IMG/VR virus record: IMGVR_UViG_3300020235_000165
Location: 1 to 30,617 of that record
Origin: a virus
Taxonomy: Duplodnaviria; Caudoviricetes
Reading direction: 5' to 3' (one strand)
Length of the DNA stretch: 30,617 nt
Made by a program: the position numbers and the translations under genes. Below the pieces are notes generated by a model, which saw only the letters and a program-made list of their open reading frames with translations, searched no databases and had not been told where the DNA came from. Each line of letters opens with the position of its first letter. Position 1 is the stretch's first letter. Below, in pieces: positions 9,696-16,205 of this stretch.

Positions 9696-11010
9696 AATTT
9701 ATCCTACGTTCTCGTTCCTTAAAGAGGTCTTCCAGCTTCCAGTTTGCTTCCGGACCCATTGTAGTCGGTATATTTATTCTATTCGGGTCAGCCCGTATTA
9801 TACGCTCCTTGGCTACTAATGCAAGGTATCTAAAAGCATCAGCTCCATGAGAACTCCAATCATGTAATGGCTTATCACTAAACGCTTTAGTGTCCGGATC
9901 ATACTGGCGACGATATGCTCTAAGTGTCTCTATACCATCAGAGCACTTGGTTGAATCAAACCAGCATGAGTTGAGTACAAGTCTTGCTGCATCAATTCCA
10001 TGCTGTACTTTGAGGTTGGGCGTGATATCAATTGGGAAGCCGGCATCTCTAAACTGCTCAACTGTGCTGCGTCCTGTTTGAAGAGTTTTTGCCTTGGCAT
10101 CGTGAGGTAGCCAAATCTTTTCGAATTTGTACCCTGTAAAGGATAGATGGTTGAAATAATGGTCAAGTGGTTGGCTGTGATTCTCGTAATAATCGATGAT
10201 AGCAATTCCGTCTGGCCGCTCCTGCCAAAACCAGAACGCAGTGGAATCGGTAAAGCCGAGATCACAAGCCGCGTGGACCTTAAATTGGTCATCATATAGC
10301 GTAGTCGCAGAGATTTGACCCGTTGACTCAAGAAGGTTGATAGTTGCGGCATAGTACGTCCCAAGTACCGCTGCGTCAAAGCTACATTCAAATTCTTGGT
10401 CATATTCCTCTTCTGTCATTTGTGACCGAAGCTCTGCAAGCACTTCGTCACTTAGTATCCCAGTCTCCGACGCTTTTAGCGTGAAGTTAAACCAATTATC
10501 TTCAACTAAACTCCGCTGATAAATCTTATAGAAGTGATTTCGTCCTTTGGGGGTGCCGATAAAGACTGCCCAACCGTCTCGGTCTGCGAGGGTAGGCAAA
10601 ACCACTTGACCCCAAAGGCTCGGCCTACAATCGCCAAACTCATCAAGCACAACACCGTCAAGATAAATACCACGCAAAGCATCTGGATTGTCCGCACCAT
10701 AGAGGGTAATTTTAGCTCCATTGAAAAGTCGAACAGAGAGCTCAGACTCTTTAGCTTGGACGATAGCTTGTTCGCCATATTCTTTGACATATTGCCAAGC
10801 GATTTCCTTAGCTTGACGATAGTAGGGTGCGATATAGCCATATCTAGGGTTTTTCTTCTCAGTGTAAGAAGCTCTTTCCAAGAGTTCGTTAACGCACGCG
10901 ACAGTCTTTCCTGCGCGGCGGTGCGCCACTCCACAAGCAAATCTGTGGTGCCTTTGATGAAACGGGATAAATTGCGTTCTTGGGTCATAATGAAATACTA
11001 TGTCAGCCAT
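9676..11010 (-). CDS. terL: Terminase large subunit
   Basis: Walker A AHRRAGKT, Walker B GVVLDE, coupling motif IGTPKG, nuclease DLG...D and HDWSSHGADAFRY. Confidence 0.95.
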   Translation of the reverse strand: MADIVFHYDPRTQFIPFHQRHHRFACGVAHRRAGKTVACVNELLERASYTEKKNPRYGYIAPYYRQAKEIAWQYVKEYGEQAIVQAKESELSVRLFNGAKITLYGADNPDALRGIYLDGVVLDEFGDCRPSLWGQVVLPTLADRDGWAVFIGTPKGRNHFYKIYQRSLVEDNWFNFTLKASETGILSDEVLAELRSQMTEEEYDQEFECSFDAAVLGTYYAATINLLESTGQISATTLYDDQFKVHAACDLGFTDSTAFWFWQERPDGIAIIDYYENHSQPLDHYFNHLSFTGYKFEKIWLPHDAKAKTLQTGRSTVEQFRDAGFPIDITPNLKVQHGIDAARLVLNSCWFDSTKCSDGIETLRAYRRQYDPDTKAFSDKPLHDWSSHGADAFRYLALVAKERIIRADPNRINIPTTMGPEANWKLEDLFKERERRINYGSRRI

Positions 11011-11398
11011 TCTTGGCTCGTAATGCGTGAGTTAAGAAGTAAAAAGCCATGATTCCTGAAAATGGGTAGAACACATAGTTCCCCATAAGCGTCATAAGGG
11101 CGTCTTTCGCTGCGGTCGCGCCTTCGCTTCCAGCAAAGGAGGCTATTACAGCGAAAGACGCTATGGCGATGACTAAAATCAGCCATATAAAGGTAACGCC
11201 GAAGGCTAAGTATCGCCTAGCAATATTCTGCGATTGGGTAGCCTTCTGGAAGTCAATAAAAGTGGTAAGAAGCTTCTGACTAGCTTGGGACTTCTCTTCG
11301 CTAGTAAAAAATAAAGCATCTATACCTTTAATCCCGGCATCAAGAAGTTTCTCACCATTATCGCCTTTACCAAATATTCCTTTCAATAAACTAAACAT
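11003..11398 (-). CDS. Putative holin (3TM/GTA-holin-like)
   Basis: IDALFFTSEEK...RRYLAF followed by hydrophobic TM segments and a basic C-terminus. Close to the endolysin. Confidence 0.6.
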   Translation of the reverse strand: MFSLLKGIFGKGDNGEKLLDAGIKGIDALFFTSEEKSQASQKLLTTFIDFQKATQSQNIARRYLAFGVTFIWLILVIAIASFAVIASFAGSEGATAAKDALMTLMGNYVFYPFSGIMAFYFLTHALRAKNG

Positions 11399-11577
11399 CA
11401 GGGTCTACCTCTGCGTGGATGTTTCTTCCTATTCAGGGCTGCTGCCCTCACTTGCCGGACCGCTGTCCTTTCTACCCGGACTTCCTTCGCTACCTCCTTC
11501 GAATCCTCTTTATCCGCTAGCGTCACTACCGCCGGGGGATTCAGCGGGTTCTTAGGTATCGCTATTCTTGGTCTCAT
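11398..11577 (-). CDS. Small basic hypothetical protein (59 aa), not in the ORF track
   Basis: MRPRIAIPKNPLNPPAVVTLADKEDSKEVAKEVRVERTAVRQVRAAALNRKKHPRRGRP*. It fills the gap exactly, with an ATGA overlap upstream and a TGATG overlap downstream. Confidence 0.65.
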   Translation of the reverse strand: MRPRIAIPKNPLNPPAVVTLADKEDSKEVAKEVRVERTAVRQVRAAALNRKKHPRRGRP

Positions 11578-12032
11578 TGTATTTCACCTACAATTTCGAA
11601 GTGTCCCAAATCCTGAAATGTTTGGTCGTCCATAATAATTTCGTCCATATCCCAATTCCCGCCCCATCGCACAGCGATGCCCTCGTCCGCACAGGCCATC
11701 TCAAATGCTCCCGCTAAGTGGATAAATGCTTTATGATCTTCCCACGGAATTTGAACGCGCTGCTCCGTGTTCCACGGGGCTATATCTATCGCACCGGCGC
11801 GGCGGCCACTCCCTCGCTGGAGTATAATACCGTCAGCGTCGCGATTATGCTTAGAATCAGGCCAGCGTTTCTTAGAAACGCCCTCGACGAACAGTTCGTT
11901 TTGTTCTTCTGCATACCGAGCTCCAGAGAGTACAGCAAAATCTCTGATTTTGAGTACGCATTGCGCAGCTCTACCAAGACGTACGTCTATCGTAGATAGT
12001 ACGTTCTGCGATTTTGTACCAAATTTATTCAT
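11574..12032 (-). CDS. Endolysin, peptidase M15 (L-Ala-D-Glu peptidase-like)
   Basis: Probable start MNKFGTKSQNVL at 12032. Motifs R..EEQ..L, SKH, AIDIAP, RWGGNWD and DLGHFE carry the Zn ligands H-D-H. Confidence 0.88.
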   Translation of the reverse strand: MNKFGTKSQNVLSTIDVRLGRAAQCVLKIRDFAVLSGARYAEEQNELFVEGVSKKRWPDSKHNRDADGIILQRGSGRRAGAIDIAPWNTEQRVQIPWEDHKAFIHLAGAFEMACADEGIAVRWGGNWDMDEIIMDDQTFQDLGHFEIVGEIQ

Positions 12033-12408
12033 TGAGGACAATGGGGCAGACGAGGGAGTCTGGCTGGCCGTCGAAGCTATGCTTACGGTTCTTCGCCATC
12101 GCGAAAGCCGAGAATGCGTCTCGTAATATGTCCAAGCCTTTGAGAGTGATTCTACCCTCGCATTTCGAAACGAGTAGGTCCCCGATAACGATTGACTTGC
12201 CATCGGCGAAATTTTGCCTAGAGAATGTCTCGATGACATTAAGTTTTCCAGTAAAGAATTCTCTAATTTCGGTTTCAACCTTAGTGTCCTCCGCAATGAC
12301 GAAATTTACTGTCGCTATTTCCACGGAAAAGCCGGGGAAGAACATTGTGATTGCAATCACAATGGCGGTCACACCCGCCGCCGCAGCACCAATCTTGACA
12401 ATACTCAT
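12025..12408 (-). CDS. Membrane-anchored/secreted hypothetical protein
   Basis: N-terminal hydrophobic segment. Translationally coupled to both neighbours. Confidence 0.6.
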   Translation of the reverse strand: MSIVKIGAAAAGVTAIVIAITMFFPGFSVEIATVNFVIAEDTKVETEIREFFTGKLNVIETFSRQNFADGKSIVIGDLLVSKCEGRITLKGLDILRDAFSAFAMAKNRKHSFDGQPDSLVCPIVLNE

Positions 12409-12767
12409 TGGTGATGCTCTCGTTCTATCCTCTCCGCTGTTGACTGTCGCCGTCCCATATCGTCAAGGCGTTTGCCTAGCTTTATATCCCCCTCCTTACT
12501 AGCTACTTCAACAGACGATATACGGCGATGTATGTTCACCACTTCACCTTGATATATTTCCACAGGAACGTATAGCTCCTCTTCAATACTTGCGACGCGC
12601 TGCTCTAATACTGCGTCGGCAGCATTATCGTCATACATATACTGCTGCATCTGGTTCCATGCACCGAAGAGTGACACGCCTAGCACTAAGAGAAAAGGTC
12701 CCGAAAACTGATTAACTGCGTTTAAAAAGGAGCCAAGTTTCCCTACCCTTTCACCGTCCTTATGCAT
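12405..12767 (-). CDS. Single-TM coiled-coil protein (lysis-associated?)
   Basis: ATG 12767 follows a GAGGAG SD. One TM (FSGPFLLVLGVSLFGAW) is followed by heptad-like helices. Confidence 0.6.
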   Translation of the reverse strand: MHKDGERVGKLGSFLNAVNQFSGPFLLVLGVSLFGAWNQMQQYMYDDNAADAVLEQRVASIEEELYVPVEIYQGEVVNIHRRISSVEVASKEGDIKLGKRLDDMGRRQSTAERIEREHHQ

Positions 12768-13098
12768 CGTGCTCCTCAAACTCAGCTTCTAAAACTTCAC
12801 CATCTAGGACGGTACGTGGTATTGAATGTATGATTTTTTGTTTCGTATTTCCCAGGTTGAAGTCCTGGCTCGCGGCAGTCGGCATAAGCTTAGAGTAAAG
12901 CTTGTAAAACTCGCCTTCATTAGTGTGAGCCCAGTGAGCTAGACGGGGTGTCCCGCCGATAAGCTCAAATGCGTCGTGGAACGCAGCCGCTACCATCTTA
13001 CGGTTTATCTCGCGTGGGATGTGTTGAACTTTGTTCAACACGTCGCCCATCTCTTTCAATTCCTCAGGAACTACGAGATCGAAATTAAACTCATCCAT
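12760..13098 (-). CDS. terS: Terminase small subunit (putative)
   Basis: AAFHDAFELIGGTPRLAHWAHTNEGEFYKLYSKLMP matches a common TerS pattern. First gene of the packaging operon. Confidence 0.7.
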   Translation of the reverse strand: MDEFNFDLVVPEELKEMGDVLNKVQHIPREINRKMVAAAFHDAFELIGGTPRLAHWAHTNEGEFYKLYSKLMPTAASQDFNLGNTKQKIIHSIPRTVLDGEVLEAEFEEHDA

Positions 13099-13104
13099 GT
13101 GCGC

Positions 13105-13133
13105 AGTGTACCACACGAAGTATGTTCATGCAA
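13105..13133 (-). promoter_or_regulatory. sigma70-type promoter of the terS/lysis/terL operon
   Basis: TTGCAT-N17-TACACT with TG extension; the -10 ends 6 nt before ATG 13098. Confidence 0.7.
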
Positions 13134-13265
13134 GCGTGAGTCATGCCGCTCTGCAGCATGTTTTTCGACGCACCGTGGCTATAGGGGTGGAGTGATTGTT
13201 TTTGTGTTTGTGAATTTAAAACGTCAGGGGGGTACTTGTTTTTTGCAGTGCAGCTAACGCAACGC

Positions 13266-13293
13266 AAAAACAAGCCCCGCGTTGCGGGGCTTG
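13266..13293 (-). terminator. Rho-independent terminator of the 79-aa gene
   Basis: Minus strand CAAGCCCCGC-AAC-GCGGGGCTTG followed by TTTTT. Confidence 0.85.
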
Positions 13294-13313
13294 CATTGTA
13301 CCGCGTTTTATGC

Positions 13314-13553
13314 TTACGCTTTGCACAGCCACTTGCGCCGTATTGCATACCCCGTAAAAGTAGTATGGTTACGGGGTTTAAGCAGCGCGGTTATTTGCGC
13401 CGCCGTTAAGCCCTTGGGGCTTGCCTGTAATGCCTTTGTTACTATAGCCCACGTTGCGGCGTTACCTTGCGCCGTGTTTTTAGCAGGGTTATATGGCCGC
13501 TTTACATTAACAATATAAAGCGGTGCCTTTTGTACTGCTTGGGGTTGTGCCAT
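13314..13553 (-). CDS. Small basic protein lacking Asp/Glu, putative DNA-binding; paralog of 15073..15312
   Basis: Has its own promoter, AAAAGGT RBS and terminator. Shares (K/R)PYNP...N..TWA.(I/V)...L...H..F.GY..R with 15073..15312. Confidence 0.8.
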   Translation of the reverse strand: MAQPQAVQKAPLYIVNVKRPYNPAKNTAQGNAATWAIVTKALQASPKGLTAAQITALLKPRNHTTFTGYAIRRKWLCKA

Positions 13554-13598
13554 AACAATTACCTTTTAAGCTACATGTAGCAACACGCTACATTGCCC

Positions 13599-13627
13599 AC
13601 TTTAAAGCATAACTGTTACAATAGCAA
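13599..13627 (-). promoter_or_regulatory. sigma70-type promoter of the 79-aa gene
   Basis: TTGCTA-N17-TAAAGT. Confidence 0.55.
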
Positions 13628-13665
13628 CCCCCTTATGTTGCAACGCAACATACACCCGCCCGTCG

Positions 13666-13818
13666 TCGGATGTCTGACTTAGCTTGGTTAGGTTCAGACT
13701 CAGACGTCAGACTTCTGACTGGTTAGACTTGCATCCGACAGTTACCTGTGCTTGTGGTACGCTCTGATTCAGAGCGTATCAGACTTCCGACTCAGACCTC
13801 TGACTAGGGGTCATCTGA
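13666..13818. repeat. Array of 14 TCNGA(C) short repeats
   Basis: TCNGA at 13666, 13673, 13694, 13700, 13707, 13714, 13734, 13763, 13769, 13779, 13786, 13792, 13799 and 13814. Includes the palindrome TACGCTCTGA-T-TCAGAGCGTA (13758-13778). Confidence 0.9.
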
Positions 13819-13824
13819 TTTCCT

Positions 13825-14103
13825 GGTAACAAGGTAACGTTCTTATGGGGGGTAAAATTGCTTTACGTAGGAAATATATATATTTACACCTATTTAATAA
13901 ATAGGAAAAACTTTGTTACCTTGTTACCTTTTGCTCAGAATGGGGCTACCAGTGGTCTGAGCTAGGTAACATCCAAGGTAACAAAGTACGGTTCTGCATG
14001 TTACCATCAGACTGAATCAGCCCTACTTTGTTACCTGATGTTCGACTAATGGCTTGCCGCAAGCCAACATCTGCCCTTAGTCAACTAATACTTTGTTACC
14101 TGA
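13825..14103. repeat. GGTAAC/GTTACC iterons around an AT-rich core; putative replication origin
   Basis: GGTAACAAGGTAAC (13825-38) and its exact reverse complement GTTACCTTGTTACC (13915-28) flank AAATATATATATTT and CCTATTTAATAAATAGG. TACTTTGTTACCTGA is directly repeated at 14024 and 14089. Confidence 0.7.
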
Positions 14104-14107
14104 CGGG

Positions 14108-14353
14108 CTATTTAACCAGCTTTAGGACACCATATTTCTTAAAGTAATCTTCCGCAGCAGCAGTGTCAAGGTGCATTTGCCGCCCCGCTTCGTGCCAGTC
14201 TGCTAGATTGGCGGCACATTCCTTAATGGTGGCAAATGGTCCTTCGTCGCCCATGTTGGGTTCCATACCACTGGGATTTTCGCGCCAGTACCAGCCGACG
14301 TCGAGTTCAGCGTCGTTGCCCTGTGGGTAGTACTCGATTGTATATGTGTTCAT
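14108..14353 (-). CDS. Hypothetical early protein
   Basis: 81 aa with a GWYW...EGPFAT motif common in small phage proteins. ATGA-coupled to the upstream gene. Confidence 0.7.
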   Translation of the reverse strand: MNTYTIEYYPQGNDAELDVGWYWRENPSGMEPNMGDEGPFATIKECAANLADWHEAGRQMHLDTAAAEDYFKKYGVLKLVK

Positions 14354-14625
14354 GAATCCACCTTTATTACTACGTCATAAAGCCAGTACGTATTCGTACC
14401 GGCCGAAAAATACGCGGCGTGGCCGTCACCCGACTGGCGGCTTAACCATGTCGTCCGCTTACGCTTTGCGTAAGACCACACATTAAATCGCACGTTGCCG
14501 TAGGAGTTACATCGTAGGATGTAACCGCCATTTAAGACTTCCGCCACTTGTATGACGTGCTGGCCGTTGCCCGAATTACGCATAAGGTCACCAACTACTG
14601 CCTTGCGTCTAACCTTTAATAACAC
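14350..14625 (-). CDS. Hypothetical early protein
   Basis: GTG start after an AAGGAG SD, with an extended -10 promoter (TGTGG-TATAAT, 14649-14659) upstream. Confidence 0.65.
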   Translation of the reverse strand: MLLKVRRKAVVGDLMRNSGNGQHVIQVAEVLNGGYILRCNSYGNVRFNVWSYAKRKRTTWLSRQSGDGHAAYFSAGTNTYWLYDVVIKVDS

Positions 14626-14689
14626 TATGATTCTCCTTGCTATACCTTATTATACCACACATCCTGGCTTGTCTCCTAATCTTATTTGT

Positions 14690-14718
14690 TTGCATCGGAC
14701 AACGACCAATGTTACAGT
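14690..14718 (+). promoter_or_regulatory. sigma70-type promoter
   Basis: TTGCAT-N17-TACAGT, divergent from the minus-strand promoter at 14649-59. Confidence 0.6.
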
Positions 14719-14743
14719 TAGGTGTGTATAAAAAGGAACTACC

Positions 14744-14980
14744 ATGTACGAAATACAAATATTGGATGAAGTAAATGGGACTGATGTACGTCACAAGTAC
14801 ACAGACCGTCGTAAGGCACAAATCATATTTCACCGCCTGCGGACGTACCACTGGCAAAAGGAAGTTGTGTTTAACGACTTAGCTAAGAACATCTGCATTG
14901 CCTTTAGCATGGCAGGAAGTCGTAAGCATACCTTGTGCGAAGACCTACGACCAGCCCACAGTGGGAATCGCCGTAAGTAA
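14744..14980 (+). CDS. Hypothetical early protein
   Basis: AAAAGGA SD and upstream promoter. Confidence 0.65.
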   Translation: MYEIQILDEVNGTDVRHKYTDRRKAQIIFHRLRTYHWQKEVVFNDLAKNICIAFSMAGSRKHTLCEDLRPAHSGNRRK

Positions 14981-14981
14981 C

Positions 14982-15010
14982 TTGCATCTACCGTGGACAC
15001 ATGCCATACT
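14982..15010 (+). promoter_or_regulatory. sigma70-type promoter
   Basis: TTGCAT-N17-CATACT with TG extension. Confidence 0.6.
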
Positions 15011-15072
15011 GTATCTACGGTGGGGCAAGCCCATCGTCCCCTAACGGGGTTTCTAAGTTAAAAGGAAATATT

Positions 15073-15312
15073 ATGTCTAAAGAACCAAAGTACAAATTGG
15101 GCGATAAGCCCTATAATCCCAAAGCCGCCCACAACGTGATTACATGGGCAAAAATCAAGCCACTGCTTGAAGCTAAGGGTGGAGTCATAGCTAAATCCCT
15201 ACGGGACGCGTTGGGTGAAGCCGTGGTAGGTGACGAAAACCAGGAATTGCGACCACAGCATAACGACTTCCTGGGGTACATGCTACGTGGACACCACATA
15301 GTCCAGAAGTAA
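15073..15312 (+). CDS. Small protein, paralog of the 79-aa GA/TC-free gene
   Basis: ATG 15073 after AAAAGGA. KPYNPKAAHNVITWAKIKPLL...HNDFLGYMLR. Confidence 0.8.
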   Translation: MSKEPKYKLGDKPYNPKAAHNVITWAKIKPLLEAKGGVIAKSLRDALGEAVVGDENQELRPQHNDFLGYMLRGHHIVQK

Positions 15313-15325
15313 AAGTAAGACGCAC

Positions 15326-15357
15326 AAAAAAGCCGGGGCGAACGCCCCGGCTTTCTT
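15326..15357. terminator. Bidirectional Rho-independent terminator
   Basis: AAAAAAGCCGGGGCG-AA-CGCCCCGGCTTTCTT between convergent genes. Confidence 0.85.
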
Positions 15358-15372
15358 ACTACACCAATCCGC

Positions 15373-15609
15373 TTAGGCGACTTGCTTAAGCGGTTCGATG
15401 TTGGGAAGGGGGTCCCCATTGTGGTGATTGCGGGTTAATTCCGTAGTCAGGTCGCCCGCTATGTGTAGGTAAACCGACAGGTCGTAAATTGCCAGTTCGA
15501 AATCCGCAAGCTTGGACGGGTCGTCGGCAAGTTTAATGGCCGCGTCCAGTCCCTTAGTTGCGCGTTGTACGCGGTCTTTAATCGCGTCTAAATGTGTTTT
15601 TTGGTTCAT
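15373..15609 (-). CDS. Hypothetical helical protein
   Basis: AAAAGGA SD; promoter TTGCAT-N17-CACACT at 15637-15665 on the minus strand. Confidence 0.7.
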   Translation of the reverse strand: MNQKTHLDAIKDRVQRATKGLDAAIKLADDPSKLADFELAIYDLSVYLHIAGDLTTELTRNHHNGDPLPNIEPLKQVA

Positions 15610-15680
15610 GACTATCCTTTTATGTAGGTACTATGTAGTGTGCCACGGCCAGCCCTCGGATGCAACAGCGGGGCAGGGAC

Positions 15681-15709
15681 TTGCCCTGGACGTGCGTCCG
15701 GGCTATACT
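15681..15709 (+). promoter_or_regulatory. sigma70-type promoter
   Basis: TTGCCC-N17-TATACT, back-to-back with the minus-strand promoter at 15637-65. Confidence 0.6.
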
Positions 15710-15736
15710 TAACTGTAGCAATTAAAGGACATAGTT

Positions 15737-15931
15737 ATGAAAATCAAAGCGTATTGGATGGTCTATGTATGGCCTGCAAATAGTCTTGACGACTGGCACT
15801 TTGCGGCGGAAGTCTTGCCTACCATGTGGTCAGTAATCAAGTTAATATTCAAGTTATGGTGGGACAACAGTGGCGACCGTTATGCCATTGTTAGACACGT
15901 TACCGACGACGACAGCATACAAAGGTTCTAA
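15737..15931 (+). CDS. Hypothetical protein
   Basis: AAAGGA SD, 64 aa. Confidence 0.6.
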   Translation: MKIKAYWMVYVWPANSLDDWHFAAEVLPTMWSVIKLIFKLWWDNSGDRYAIVRHVTDDDSIQRF

Positions 15932-15932
15932 T

Positions 15933-16205
15933 ATGAACGTAGTGTTAAGATGTAAAAACTGGGAAACGGAACAGCATAAGGACCACCATCAAGACTTTGG
16001 TGATTACCATTTGGAAATGGATGTACGGGGTACTGACCTCGACATACTGGATTGGCGCAGTGTTAAGCGACTAGGAACGTATGTGGAATACACCATAAAG
16101 CCGGGAACCAGTATTTGGGACCTGATGCGGCTGTGGGAACAGCTAGGCGATACCAAGTGGTTTTACGAAATAAGGGTAACGCACGACACTAAAATTTGGT
16201 CTTAG
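15933..16205 (+). CDS. Hypothetical protein
   Basis: ATG 15933 immediately follows the upstream stop, with an AAAGG SD. Confidence 0.6.
   Translation: MNVVLRCKNWETEQHKDHHQDFGDYHLEMDVRGTDLDILDWRSVKRLGTYVEYTIKPGTSIWDLMRLWEQLGDTKWFYEIRVTHDTKIWS

Larger units (their letters stand above)
13226..13663. other. GA/TC-dinucleotide-free block
   Basis: Read line by line, there is no GA or TC between the TC at 13224-25 and the TC at 13663-64. Confidence 0.92.

Noticed and set aside
12033-12296. N-terminal extension of the endolysin ORF (240 aa in the track)
   Set aside because: It overlaps 12025..12408 in another frame, and the M15 domain begins at Met 12032.
13091-13518. ORFs 13091..13348(-) and 13282..13518(+)
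   Set aside because: They have no RBS and cross the terminator or lie antisense to the better-supported 79-aa gene. Loss of TGA/TCA in the desert also favours spurious open frames.
13666-14103. Possible CRISPR array
   Set aside because: Repeats are 5-15 bp, in both orientations and irregularly spaced, with no spacer structure. The Cas4-like nuclease belongs to the replication module.
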